From an uncultured archaeon (GTDB lineage: Archaea; Thermoplasmatota; Penumbrarchaeia; JASLWR01), in assembly GCA_964430885.1 (NCBI GenBank), contig CAYSHM010000006.1, positions 1 through 64,000 of the forward strand: DNA of 64,000 bases, read 5' to 3'. The notes beneath the pieces were generated by a model, which had not been told where the DNA came from, ran no database searches, and worked only from the letters and a program-made list of their open reading frames with translations. Each line of letters begins with the position of its first letter. Position 1 is the stretch's first letter. The translations under genes and the position numbers were made by a program. Shown here piece after piece: positions 1-10,679 of the stretch.

Positions 1-62
1 TCGCTAAGAACATTGACGACACCTCACTGACCTATGAGAACGACTGGCATGTGGTCGTGTAA
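1..62 (+). CDS. 3' end of a gene truncated by the window edge (…AKNIDDTSLTYENDWHVVV*)
   Basis: Open frame from position 3 to TAA at 60-62, followed by a terminator-like hairpin; product not identifiable. Confidence 0.45.
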   Translation, partial: AKNIDDTSLTYENDWHVVV

Positions 63-96
63 GATTAGACATTCAGGTATCGGAACAAAACAGCAT

Positions 97-128
97 GGGA
101 GGGCTTACCCTCCCTTTTTTATATTTTT
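97..128 (+). terminator. Hairpin plus T-tract terminator
   Basis: GGGAGGG-ctta-CCCTCCC perfect 7-bp stem immediately followed by TTTTTT. Confidence 0.7.
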
Positions 129-371
129 TTCCCGACCTTCTCCAATTTATATCTAAGGAATATCAATATCTTTTCAAATCGGTTTTTTAATGCTTTTTCC
201 TGGGCATTAAGGTCGAAATTCTTTTATTCTGGAGCAGTAATCTGCCTTCTAATATTCCTAATTTTAATGGATAAGCTGTATTTTTGAGTAGTGAATTATA
301 ACTATTGATATAACAGGCAGGAAATTGGTATAACCTATCAGTTATATTTGGTCCCCCGGAAACGTGCTAAC

Positions 372-1034
372 ATGATGAGAACCATTGAGATAGAACAGAA
401 TCCGTATATTGGAGTTCTTTCTGCTACAAACGATAAATGGACCTTGATCCCAGATCATGTATCAAAAAAGGAAGGAAAGGTTTTCCATGAGGTTTTAGGT
501 ACGGAAGTCATATCCTGCAACATTTCCAGTCTGTCCCTTTTGGGAACATTGGTTGCCATGAACAGCGATAGCATTATTGTGCCATATGACATTGATTTCA
601 TGCATGAAACCGATAAGCTTGATATTAACATTACCAATACCTTCAAGACCCGTTTTAATGCCTTTGGAAATAATATCCTTATAAATGACCATTTTGCCCT
701 TGTGCATAAAGGATACTCCAAATCAGACATATCTAAACTGGCCGACATTTTTGATGTGGAAATAGAGAAAGGTTCCATTGCGGGTCTTTCCACTGTCGGA
801 ACTGCTGCTGTGGTTACAAATAAGGGGATGCTTGTTCATCCTTTGACCCAGGAGGAAGAGTTGGATTTTCTGCAAAATGCTTTCAAGGTCGAATGTGAGA
901 TTGGAACGGCCAACTTCGGAGTTGGTAATGTAGGAGCATGTTTGGTGGCTAATTCCAAGGGTGCGGTCATAGGCAGCCCGACCACGGGTATCGAGCTGGG
1001 AAAGATAGAGGATGCATTGAAATTATACACATGA
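372..1034 (+). CDS. eif6: Translation initiation factor 6 (aIF6), ribosome anti-association factor
   Basis: NPYIGV start, five-fold pentein repeats, GTANFG…VGACLVANSKG…TTGIEL C-terminal signature; ATG at 372 preferred over TTG at 348. Confidence 0.95.
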   Translation: MMRTIEIEQNPYIGVLSATNDKWTLIPDHVSKKEGKVFHEVLGTEVISCNISSLSLLGTLVAMNSDSIIVPYDIDFMHETDKLDINITNTFKTRFNAFGNNILINDHFALVHKGYSKSDISKLADIFDVEIEKGSIAGLSTVGTAAVVTNKGMLVHPLTQEEELDFLQNAFKVECEIGTANFGVGNVGACLVANSKGAVIGSPTTGIELGKIEDALKLYT

Positions 1035-1106
1035 TCTTAATATTTTCATTGATTAAAAAAATGGTTAGGAATGTAACCTTGTTTTTTTATTTCACAAACG
1101 TTCCTA

Positions 1107-3224
1107 TCAGGCGATCAGCGGAAATACAAGATACAATGCAACAATTGTACCCATAAGAGCTTCCCCGACAATCAATCCTGTGGCCATCATGTAGCTTTGG
1201 AGCAATGCCATGGTTTGGTCCCTATCACCCCAATTGAGTTTTTTCGCCTTAGGCTCCAGATAATATTTTTCCCAAAGGTCCCTTGCACTGCCTCCGACAA
1301 GCAGTATTAGTCCCAATCCCAGTGGGAAATACATTCCCAAACCAAAGGCAGTTCCCATTCCGATCAGAAGTTCAACGAACACTCCAATCATGAAACCGAA
1401 TAACAGCAGTTTAAAGGAAACATTTCCTGTGATCAAAACCTGAACAAATTTGGCAAAGGCATTGGCCTGGGGGGCCAACAGGTTCAGATGTGACGGGTGA
1501 TCCGGGGGCAAGGCCAATCCTTCAGAGAAAAGAACTGCAAAAAATGCTGCGATAGCCGCTCCTGGCAATATTCCAAGGGTGACTGCCTTGACCAAGTGAT
1601 ATGGTCTGTTTCCGACATAGCCTCCTACCTTGAACATCAATATTATATTTCCACTCATGGAAATAGCACCGCCGAAAACCGTGGTACCAATTATGGACAG
1701 GAGTACTATCTGGGCATCGCTTGTATTGGTCAGATGTGTGAAGTTCAGGATCTTGAATACGAAAACAAGAAGCATGAGAACTATGAATGATGTTGCAGAA
1801 ACAGGTTCAGTTCCGCATTCTCCCATCACCTTGACAGCGATAGCACCTATGAAGAAAGTAGTGCTGACCAAAAGCAGTGAAAGGAAGAAAGCATTGAGCC
1901 AATATCCGCTTGTGATCCCGAATACGACAAATACGAAAAGGAAGGTCAATACCACCATGATCTTGATGTGGGAAACCGGCCACTCGAACCATCCCTTGTC
2001 AGCAACAAAATCGTACTGGGCTGTGTCGTCGCCTTTTGTCTTGAACAGATCGGCAGTAGCAGTTTTGAATACGGGGGCCATCTTTATCAGACCAGTAAAC
2101 CCTCCCCCCAGTATTGCACCTATGGCAATTATCTTTGTCACGTTCACACTTGCTGCTGCTGGAGCGATCATGTTGGCCCCCACTACATCCAAAGGGAATT
2201 TGGATAGATTGACCATCTCATCCATGGCTGGAATATATACCGGAAGGTCGAAAGCAACAGCAATGGGTATTATTATTAACCAGGAAACCAAGGTTCCAAG
2301 GCTTATGATGAGTGCGGTCCGGAATTTCATGAACCAGCCTATACCCGCTTGAATGGGCATCAGTGAGAAGTTTAGAATGGTATATTTTCCGAACAAGGGA
2401 GTTGAAGGCGGCAGCATTATGTCCCCTTTGTGATAGAAATTACCTCCGAAGATCTTGTCAAGGAAGGATTCCTTTATTGGTCCGTGGGTCTTGAACATGG
2501 GGAAATCCCTGAAAAAGGTGAACACCATTGTTCCGCTTATCCAAATGGTTACGGTCTTAATGGATTTCTGCGCCTGCTCTTTAGCTCCTGAAGTGATGTT
2601 CTTGGCGATATCCATTAGCTGGACGAAACCTTCAAAAGAAGGAGTTGGGAGGGGGTCTTCCACCAGCCATATCCTCCGGAATATTATGAAATAAAATATT
2701 CCTAGTATGCCAGACATAACTGTGGCAAGAAAGGCCGCGAACAGCAATTCCACCGATGGAACATGGGTCAGGAATTCGCCGCCAGGAGTGGAATAAGAGG
2801 GGGAAAGGGCTAAAAGGTAAAGAGCTGGAAATGAGAACACAAAACCCGTGCATATCATTGCCGCTCCATTGCCGGCGGTTGCAGCTATGTTCAGTGAAGG
2901 AGGGTCCCATTTCAGAGCCAGACCCAGGAGATATATAACATACCATGATCCGCTGACCACCATACCCACCTTCAAACCGACATACTGGTTGATCATGGCG
3001 AATAGGGATCCTATTAAAATGGAAATGATGATCATTTTCCAGTTCCATTTGGATATGACGAAACTGGCCTTCCTGTTCTTTTCCTCGAGGTACTGTTCAC
3101 ATATTCCGGTGTTAAAGTTGGCAAACATCTCAGGGTCCAGCCAATCCATTTCATCATTCTCGATCTTCCTGAGACCTCCCGGCGTAACAGGTTTTCGATA
3201 TGCGGATTTTCTTACTGTTCCCAT
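1107..3224 (-). CDS. OPT/YSL-family oligopeptide transporter
   Basis: Many TM segments; NQYVGLKVG, FSFPAL, GTEPVS and APQANAF motifs typical of the OPT family. Confidence 0.85.
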   Translation of the reverse strand: MGTVRKSAYRKPVTPGGLRKIENDEMDWLDPEMFANFNTGICEQYLEEKNRKASFVISKWNWKMIIISILIGSLFAMINQYVGLKVGMVVSGSWYVIYLLGLALKWDPPSLNIAATAGNGAAMICTGFVFSFPALYLLALSPSYSTPGGEFLTHVPSVELLFAAFLATVMSGILGIFYFIIFRRIWLVEDPLPTPSFEGFVQLMDIAKNITSGAKEQAQKSIKTVTIWISGTMVFTFFRDFPMFKTHGPIKESFLDKIFGGNFYHKGDIMLPPSTPLFGKYTILNFSLMPIQAGIGWFMKFRTALIISLGTLVSWLIIIPIAVAFDLPVYIPAMDEMVNLSKFPLDVVGANMIAPAAASVNVTKIIAIGAILGGGFTGLIKMAPVFKTATADLFKTKGDDTAQYDFVADKGWFEWPVSHIKIMVVLTFLFVFVVFGITSGYWLNAFFLSLLLVSTTFFIGAIAVKVMGECGTEPVSATSFIVLMLLVFVFKILNFTHLTNTSDAQIVLLSIIGTTVFGGAISMSGNIILMFKVGGYVGNRPYHLVKAVTLGILPGAAIAAFFAVLFSEGLALPPDHPSHLNLLAPQANAFAKFVQVLITGNVSFKLLLFGFMIGVFVELLIGMGTAFGLGMYFPLGLGLILLVGGSARDLWEKYYLEPKAKKLNWGDRDQTMALLQSYMMATGLIVGEALMGTIVALYLVFPLIA

Positions 3225-3269
3225 AATTTGAGCCCCTCTTCAATAATCCTTATTACTATGATTGAATAG

Positions 3270-3281
3270 TACTCTAGAGTA
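3270..3281. promoter_or_regulatory. Perfect 12-bp palindrome, candidate operator of the OPT gene
   Basis: TACTCTAGAGTA, between a minus-strand TATA-like element (~3312-3319) and the OPT start at 3224. Confidence 0.3.
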
Positions 3282-3443
3282 TCTGGTTCTTTTAGGTTCT
3301 ATCATTGGTAATTTATATAATACTTTTTTATTTATTCTTTTGACCCATTAATATCAAGAGCTGATCATTTTTTATTAATATATAATGGAAATCCTGTTGT
3401 AGGCATCTGGTTATGGGAGTTTATTAATTGATCGGAAATTCTA

Positions 3444-4334
3444 TCATTTATTGTTCTTTCTCTTCAGCTGGTTCCAATTTTTTTTCTGATTATTGGTGAC
3501 AATTAATATCCCTGATTTGGTAACAAGGGAGTTAGGAGGAATGTCCAGACCAGGCGGAACGGTCACGCCGGGAAGTACCAGACAGTCACGGCCCAAAATA
3601 GTGTTCTTGCCTATCACCGTGTCTCCTCTTTCAATAATATAGCCCGCTTCATCTATGAGTGAGTGTGTAAGGACAAGACTTCGTTCCATGAGCATAGCTC
3701 CATCCTCAATATGGACATTTGTGGGAAACATTGAATCCAGAGTGACCGAATAATGGATGAATGCAGTTGGAGCAATATCACAGTAGATGGACGAAAGTAC
3801 TCTTTTTGATTTTGAGTTCCTACAGCTTGCCGCAATTGAATTGGTGTAGAACTGCTGGAAAAGCATCCTCATCATGCCCCAGGGTTTATAATAACTCAGG
3901 GTTTGAAACCAATCCCACTGGGGGCAATTAGTAAAACGGATCCGCTCAACATTTCTTGTTGATTCCTTCGGGGTGAAGTTCCTCTTTCTCATCTTATTGG
4001 TACCGGTTACGAACATACCGTCAGGCACCTTTCCTGTAACCCTTGCATTTGCTGCTATGAAACAGTCCCTTCCGATCTTTGCATTTTTGACAACAGCTTT
4101 GGCGGCCACAACTGAGCCGTCGCCTATAGAGGAGTTCTCGATTAGACAGCACATTCCGATACCGCAGTACCGGCCTATCTTGGAATTGTAGATCCGCGCA
4201 CCTGGCCAGGGAATGCTTCCAAGCCCGAATTTTGACCTTGAGAATATCTTCAGGAAGAGCCATCTAAAGCGGGGTTCAGGTATGGTCTCCGATGCTAATA
4301 TATTGATAAATCTCTGCAGGTCTCTTGTGGTCAA
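3444..4334 (-). CDS. Hexapeptide-repeat (left-handed beta-helix) acyltransferase-like protein
   Basis: Repeated IG/[IV]G hexads (KIGRYC, SIGDGS, KIGRDC, VIGKNT) and a VLPGVTV motif; two LbH segments. Confidence 0.7.
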   Translation of the reverse strand: MTTRDLQRFINILASETIPEPRFRWLFLKIFSRSKFGLGSIPWPGARIYNSKIGRYCGIGMCCLIENSSIGDGSVVAAKAVVKNAKIGRDCFIAANARVTGKVPDGMFVTGTNKMRKRNFTPKESTRNVERIRFTNCPQWDWFQTLSYYKPWGMMRMLFQQFYTNSIAASCRNSKSKRVLSSIYCDIAPTAFIHYSVTLDSMFPTNVHIEDGAMLMERSLVLTHSLIDEAGYIIERGDTVIGKNTILGRDCLVLPGVTVPPGLDIPPNSLVTKSGILIVTNNQKKNWNQLKRKNNK

Positions 4335-4666
4335 GAATATACATCCTCTGTTTTCGGTGGCCTGAAAATTTCTGTTAAGGCAAGATTTTATTTCATATAA
4401 AAGTTGGTATTTGATTTGCCAAGGGATTAATTAAATTTTCATTTATTATATTATGTATTTTTTAAATTCCTATTTGAAAAAAGGGGAAAATCGGCATACC
4501 TACCATAAATGTAAAATATAAGGTTGGCCTAAACATATTTCATTAATAAGCAGATTTGTATCTGTGGCGAGGTGTTTGGCATATTCTGGCCATTGCCTTC
4601 TATTTGTTAAAAAAACTCTTCGGATTCAATTCTTATTTTCATCTAATTTGGATTTGGTGTTCAGTT

Positions 4667-6082
4667 ATGGATAATGGAATATATGCCAAAGTTTTCAGAA
4701 AAATTCTGCAACCCGTTCTGGTTGTAAACAAAAATGGAAAAATCATTGATGCCAATCCTTCCATGGAAAGGATGCTGGATGTGGATGAAGGTGCCTTATC
4801 AGGCAAAAATATTCGTGAAATCCTCACCCTTGGAAGCATAACCTTATTCAATGAACACTGTATAAACTCGAAGACAACTGATGACAAGACTTCTAATTTG
4901 GAGATGAGAACACTTTCCGGCCGGCCTATCCTAAGGGTCGTGAACCTTTTCACTTTAGACAGAGGAGATCAGGGAGATCTTGTCTGTTTACAGGTCATTG
5001 TACCTGAAGCTTATAAGATTTGGAATCTGAATGAAGACGAATATGAAAACGAGTTACATTCTGCTGATGAAATTCCAGGGACTGAATCCGATAGCGGAAA
5101 AGGCAGTGGTGATCCTTTAATGGTTCAGACCTCCCCTGAATCATTCGATAGACCATTATCCAGGAATGAAAAGGCTTTGGTCATTGAGAGATCAGGCGGA
5201 AGTATTAGCCAAATAGAAACCAAACAAGGACCATCAAGGAAAGAAGCTGAAGTAGTAAGTAAATGTGAAGGAGCAAGTCTGATGAAAATTGATCTTATAA
5301 GGGGAAATATCAGCAGACTTCAGGGTATGGAAGGTTCCGCTCTTATATTGAAGGGAATTATGGATAAACCCATTAAGGTAGAAAAAGGAGAACTTAGTGC
5401 CCTAAAACCGGAATTATTAGACGATCCCTCGGCGTCGGAAACCCCTGAGGGATTCACCTACTTTATTGATACCCGCGGATTTATTCTAGGTGAAATAGAT
5501 AATCATTTCGAAATCGATGAAGGGGTTATTAAAGAAATGTTAGAAACCCGGAAAGATGATGCTGGGGAAGGCGGTATTCAGTTCATTTGGGGTGATTTCC
5601 TAAAGGACATTCAGCAAAGAGGATTCCATCTTGCCACTGCCTCAATACAGTGCAGATCAATTCTCTACGGCCCAGAAAAGATACAGTTGTTCCTGATAAC
5701 TGTAAATCAATTGGAGAAAAAACACACACCCAAGGTCGAGGATGAGGGCTTGATAAAGATTCAGAGACATGGTAACGACAAGTTTTCCATTGTGACTGCG
5801 GATAGGAAGGTTAGATTACTTACTGCTTCTGAGGGGGACGTACTTCTGGGAAGAGATTTTCTGACATTATTTTCTTCATCTGACAGAAATGAGGTCCGTT
5901 CTCTTTTGGCAGGTTTGGATCCTCAAAAGACCGACGAACACAAAGGTGAACTGAATGTTGAAATCAGAAGATTGGACGGTACTAAACTTATGGTCCGCTT
6001 GGAGATTGATCCGAAAGATGACCGCAAGGACGATTGTTTCAGCATAATTGAAATCAAAATCAATGATATAGCTGTTCTGTGA
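4667..6082 (+). CDS. PAS-domain-containing protein
   Basis: N-terminal PVLVVNKNGKIIDANPSMERML…LSGKNI PAS fold; C-terminal PAS-like LLGRDFLTLF…RRLDGT; start chosen at ATG 4667. Confidence 0.65.
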   Translation: MDNGIYAKVFRKILQPVLVVNKNGKIIDANPSMERMLDVDEGALSGKNIREILTLGSITLFNEHCINSKTTDDKTSNLEMRTLSGRPILRVVNLFTLDRGDQGDLVCLQVIVPEAYKIWNLNEDEYENELHSADEIPGTESDSGKGSGDPLMVQTSPESFDRPLSRNEKALVIERSGGSISQIETKQGPSRKEAEVVSKCEGASLMKIDLIRGNISRLQGMEGSALILKGIMDKPIKVEKGELSALKPELLDDPSASETPEGFTYFIDTRGFILGEIDNHFEIDEGVIKEMLETRKDDAGEGGIQFIWGDFLKDIQQRGFHLATASIQCRSILYGPEKIQLFLITVNQLEKKHTPKVEDEGLIKIQRHGNDKFSIVTADRKVRLLTASEGDVLLGRDFLTLFSSSDRNEVRSLLAGLDPQKTDEHKGELNVEIRRLDGTKLMVRLEIDPKDDRKDDCFSIIEIKINDIAVL

Positions 6083-6163
6083 TTTCTTGGTTGGATGACT
6101 GAACCACTGCATTAGGTCCAATGAACGCCATGAAGAGAATTGGTATAGGAATATTTTATCATT

Positions 6164-7969
6164 TCAGATTATTTCATATCCTTGACTTTCAGCCAATTCT
6201 TCCAGTGAACCACCATTTTCCACAAGCATCTCAAAAATCCCTTCTATATCGCTTTCTAAGGTGATCCTGATCTGTGATCGTGAGTCTCTCTCTCTAAGGG
6301 TGAATGTCCCATCCTCCAAGGTTCTGTAATCTATAGTGAAACAGAGCGGGGTTCCCACTTCGTCCATTCTTGAGTAGCGGCGTCCTATGGAACCCGATAC
6401 GTCGTAAAACGGAATGTAGCCTCTGCCGATGGTCCTTCTCTTTATCTCTTCAAGTATTCCTTTTGATTCTTTAGTCAAACCTTCCTTCTTCATAAGGGGA
6501 AAAACCGCATACTGGTAGGGTGCTATGAGAGGTGGGAAATGCATTATCCTGAACTCTTCCGGCCCATCATCAATGCGCTTCTCCATGGAATGCTCCATGA
6601 TGCAGTATAATATACGGTCAACACCATAGGAAGGTTCCACGACCCTTGGAATGAACTTTTCCACACTGACCTCGACCTCTCTCTCAATAAAATTGAACAT
6701 CTTCGGTTCAATATTGAACGTGCTACCATCCACTTCCAGTTCGAATCCTCTATCGATATCTAGGTTTTCAATTTCATGAGGTTCCAATTGGGATAGCTCA
6801 TTGGATATCTTTCCGGCTTCCCCTTTGAACAACGGTCCCAATACAGACATATTCGGTTCCATATATTTTTCCCTTTTTTTCACAGTTTGTTCAAGTTTAC
6901 GCTGTGCCCGCAGGTCCTCTTTGGAGAATTCCATATGTCTTTCCAGGTCATAGCATGATCTATCGGCGATGCCAACTATCTCTATCCATCCGAATGAGGT
7001 CAAAGACTCCGCATCCCAGCAATCCTCGGCATAGTGGGCCATTTCATGTTCCTCATGCTGCCTGAATCGCAGGAATTCCGGCCTGATCCCTCCCCGTACC
7101 AGGATTGATTGGGTCTTGGCTATGAAATATGCAAGTATCTGGTTGGTGATGATATTGTTCTCCATGGCTTCTCCAAGAGTTATCTGTATCGTTCTTTTTT
7201 CAGGTGTATCCTGAAGCAGGGTCACAACAGTGTCCTTTACCTCGGAAAACCTATCATGTGATGTATTCTCAGGGTCTATAAAATATTCAACTTCCGCCAT
7301 GTTGAACTCCCTAACCCTAATCACACCCTGCCGAGGGGATATCTCGTTCCTGAATCCTTTCCCTATCTGCACTGCGCCGAAGGGTAGGTCAGTCCTGTGA
7401 TGGAAAAGGAGGTTTTTGAAGTTAAGGAACATACCTTGAGCGGTCTCGGGTCTCAGGTAGCCTATACGGTCCGAAGTTGGTCCTATATTGGTCCGGAACA
7501 TCAGATTGAACGGATATAGATCCCCCAATTCACCCTTGCAGAGTGGGCATCGAATATTATTGTCATCGAGCACACTTTTCAATTCCGCCGCATCCAGTGC
7601 ATCCGGATTTTTGTGGTGTTCCTCTGCAAGATGATCTGCTCTGAAGAACTGCCCGCATTTGGAGCATTTGGTCATGAAATCTGTAAACTCATCAAGGTGC
7701 CCAGACGCTTGAAAGACCGATTCAGGGGAAATATTCGGGCAGTCAATCTCGTAGAACTCCTCTCCTTCGATGTAAACCTCCCGCCAGAGTTTGATAAAAT
7801 TTTCCTTTAGGCGGGTGCCTAAAGGCCCCCAATCGAAAAACCCTGCTACACCTCCGTAAATCTCATAGGAGGGATACAATATTCCTCTCCTACGGCACAA
7901 GGACATAATTTCCTTTTGATCTGCATCCAGCTTAGTATTCTTGCATTCTTCCACTGCACTTTGGTTCAT
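6164..7969 (-). CDS. glyS: Glycine--tRNA ligase (archaeal/eukaryotic alpha2 type)
   Basis: YLRPETAQG, FRNEISPRQG…REF, EMAHYA, EPSYGVDR, SGSIGRRY motifs. Confidence 0.97.
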   Translation of the reverse strand: MNQSAVEECKNTKLDADQKEIMSLCRRRGILYPSYEIYGGVAGFFDWGPLGTRLKENFIKLWREVYIEGEEFYEIDCPNISPESVFQASGHLDEFTDFMTKCSKCGQFFRADHLAEEHHKNPDALDAAELKSVLDDNNIRCPLCKGELGDLYPFNLMFRTNIGPTSDRIGYLRPETAQGMFLNFKNLLFHHRTDLPFGAVQIGKGFRNEISPRQGVIRVREFNMAEVEYFIDPENTSHDRFSEVKDTVVTLLQDTPEKRTIQITLGEAMENNIITNQILAYFIAKTQSILVRGGIRPEFLRFRQHEEHEMAHYAEDCWDAESLTSFGWIEIVGIADRSCYDLERHMEFSKEDLRAQRKLEQTVKKREKYMEPNMSVLGPLFKGEAGKISNELSQLEPHEIENLDIDRGFELEVDGSTFNIEPKMFNFIEREVEVSVEKFIPRVVEPSYGVDRILYCIMEHSMEKRIDDGPEEFRIMHFPPLIAPYQYAVFPLMKKEGLTKESKGILEEIKRRTIGRGYIPFYDVSGSIGRRYSRMDEVGTPLCFTIDYRTLEDGTFTLRERDSRSQIRITLESDIEGIFEMLVENGGSLEELAESQGYEII

Positions 7970-8392
7970 CCGAAAACACCTTCATACTATACAATTTAAA
8001 AGAATATGACGGAATTATTGAAAACGGTCAGATATTCTTATTAGACGGTAGTAAAGAATTCCATTAATATAAATATGTTATAAAAACCAATCCATGGATG
8101 ATAAAATATTAAAAAAGCACCTTTGAACACGCCCTTATACATAGTTACATAAACATAATAAAAATACAAGAGAAAAATTCTGAACGTTCGGTTCCATATG
8201 TCACCAATATCTTTTGGTATTATCCTTTTTGAATTCGGTTGTTTAGTCAAGACGTCATATATGCGGAGTTTTAATCCTTGGGCCAAGGACCTATTTTATT
8301 CATTCAATGTTCCTTTAAATCCTTTTAATAACAATACAAATCTATTTATCTCAATTGTTCATTAGGATTATAAAATGGATGGAGGCAAAATA

Positions 8393-8812
8393 ATGATTAA
8401 ACGTATTGTTGGAGCCTTGTTTGCAGTAATAATAATATCCACCCTATTGATGGGATGTGCTGAGAAAGCAAAGAATATTGCAAAAGGTGAAACCGAGGTT
8501 ATTGGGAAAATCGAGTCCTTCAGTGAACCGCCGGTATATACATATAATTATATAATCGGAACGGTGGTCAACGGACCTGCTAATGTAGGTAGTTTTAATT
8601 TCAAATTGACCGACGACCAGGGGTCAACTGTTCTGAGCGGTAAGGTAGATCATTACAGCGTAGAGGGTACCATACAGTTCGTTAACTACGGTGGATCGGC
8701 TGATGAAGCGGATACTGGAGACGTGTTCACACTCGTAACCTATCAGAACTGTACCGGTGGGAATTTGAGGGTATCTTACGGCGGAAACGTAGTGGATAAT
8801 GATACATTATGA
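8393..8812 (+). CDS. Putative lipoprotein
   Basis: MIKR, a hydrophobic stretch and an LLMGC lipobox; beta-rich remainder. Confidence 0.65.
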   Translation: MIKRIVGALFAVIIISTLLMGCAEKAKNIAKGETEVIGKIESFSEPPVYTYNYIIGTVVNGPANVGSFNFKLTDDQGSTVLSGKVDHYSVEGTIQFVNYGGSADEADTGDVFTLVTYQNCTGGNLRVSYGGNVVDNDTL

Positions 8813-8900
8813 AGAATTCCATTCGACCATTACATTGATGAACTTTCAACATACCATTCTAACATACATTAATTCGAATTTCTTTTTTATATACGGTATG

Positions 8901-9704
8901 TCATTCCAGGGGATCGTAATCATATTGTTTATTTCTGAACTTCTTCATTATTGGAATGCCCATGGAATAGAATAATGCCACCCCGAGAGCCACAATTGCA
9001 GAGATATTGTATCCGAACAATTCTGCTTTGGTCAGTGTAGTTCCGATATTCAGTATCATCAATACAATAGATATGACGAACAGAAGAACAAGTATACCGA
9101 ATATGATACGCGCTTTTCCCATGATCTTAGGATAATGGATCTCGGATATCATGAGGAATGCTAGAATTATGGATATTGGTACGGTAATATACCAGTATCC
9201 GGGAAATAGAAAACAAAGTATGCAGATGATGAATGCATTGGGCGGAGTGGGTAGTCCGAGGAAAATATCCTTTTTATATGCTGAGGATACAAATCTTGCC
9301 AGTCTTAAAATCCCGAAAGAGGCCACGATCAGGGATGCAAGTACGATGATGACATTTGTGAACAGCTGAGATCCACTTGCCTCAAGCCATGGGTATCTAT
9401 AGACCGTATAAAGCATGAAGGCTGGTGCAAAACAGAAGGTTACCATATCTGATATGGAATCTAAATAGTGTCCAATATTGTTCTTCTGCCCGAACTTCCT
9501 CGCTTCCCATCGGGCTATAGCACCGTCTAGTCCGTCTAGAATCATGCCAAGGATTATCAAGGAAATTGCAGGAAGGAAAAAAGGATTGTCTCCACCTAGT
9601 TTTTCGCCCCATCTTTCCCTCAACGAGAGCATAGCAAGGAAACCGCAAATCCCATTTCCTAGAGTGAAGAAGTCCGCGATTTTTATTTTCTTCAATATCC
9701 ACAT
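8901..9704 (-). CDS. pssA: CDP-alcohol phosphatidyltransferase (archaetidylserine/phosphatidylserine synthase type)
   Basis: DGLDGAIAR…G..LDSISDMVTF signature, LRLARF and FLGLPTP motifs. Confidence 0.85.
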   Translation of the reverse strand: MWILKKIKIADFFTLGNGICGFLAMLSLRERWGEKLGGDNPFFLPAISLIILGMILDGLDGAIARWEARKFGQKNNIGHYLDSISDMVTFCFAPAFMLYTVYRYPWLEASGSQLFTNVIIVLASLIVASFGILRLARFVSSAYKKDIFLGLPTPPNAFIICILCFLFPGYWYITVPISIILAFLMISEIHYPKIMGKARIIFGILVLLFVISIVLMILNIGTTLTKAELFGYNISAIVALGVALFYSMGIPIMKKFRNKQYDYDPLE

Positions 9705-9863
9705 AGAGTTTACCCAGATTTTTATTAGTCCAATATATCAAATTCAAGCAAGGACCAAGATAATACTAAGCCACAAATCAGATAAAAAAGATCATGGATT
9801 ATTTTAAATATTTCATAATTATTCACATTTTAGGGTGACCAAGGAATAATTCTATCGAAACCT

Positions 9864-10274
9864 TCAGTCGGAGGTGTCTCTTTTCCAAACCTTCTTATTG
9901 ATCTCCTCGTAGATTCGGTATTCTTCCTCCTTGTTTTCTTTGGTTACTGGTTTCTTCCCCAGCTCTTTTATCCTTTCCTTGTTCAATTTCCAGTAATGTA
10001 TGCGCCAAACCTGACCCTTTCGAATTGCTACCTCCTCGCTCTTTGTTCTCAGTATTCCTTCCTCTTCAAGCATATAAAAAACATCCCTGTCCTGAGAACT
10101 GAGTTTGTTATCTATAGCATAATCCTCGTATCCGAAATAATTTAGAATAAATTCAGCCACGGTCTTGATGTTATCATCATCCATTCCCTTTTGACCAAAT
10201 GTGTTCCTGAGGGCTTTAACTATATCGTTCAGCGTGATTAATTCCAGATCATCACCTTTATGCTGTGATTGCAA
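9864..10274 (-). CDS. DUF6015-like protein (probable winged-helix protein of Thermoplasmatota)
   Basis: FGYEDYAIDNKL…DRDVFYMLEEEGIL…WRIHYW pattern recognised from this family. Confidence 0.7.
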   Translation of the reverse strand: MQSQHKGDDLELITLNDIVKALRNTFGQKGMDDDNIKTVAEFILNYFGYEDYAIDNKLSSQDRDVFYMLEEEGILRTKSEEVAIRKGQVWRIHYWKLNKERIKELGKKPVTKENKEEEYRIYEEINKKVWKRDTSD

Positions 10275-10679
10275 TACTAATTATGTCTATTTCTTTCCTT
10301 CTAGATATTAATTCAGGATGCTAACAACACTTATCAATTTTTTATGGAAGTGGCTAGCATCCAAGGGACTACTATCAAATCAATTCTTCGTATTTATAGA
10401 TATTCCTTGAAATGCTTTTCGTTCCTCTTCCTATTATGATAATCGTATATGTTTATTAGTAATTATTATCCTGAAAGAATATATTCTATTCAACCAAACC
10501 AAAACCTAAATAGCATATAGGGGTATTTTTCATTTTGAAGGATACAGCCATCCATTATGATTATTATTTGCTTCCGAGTTTTGGATCTGCGATCCTGACA
10601 AATATCCGCAAGTCAAAGAAAGTACGGGGAGAAATAAATCCAAGGGGGTTCGAAGATAATCAAATTAACAAAAATAACC

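Noticed and set aside
1630-2352. 240-aa plus-strand ORF (and similarly 51613-52332)
   Set aside because: Antisense shadows of well-supported genes, explained by codon and composition bias.
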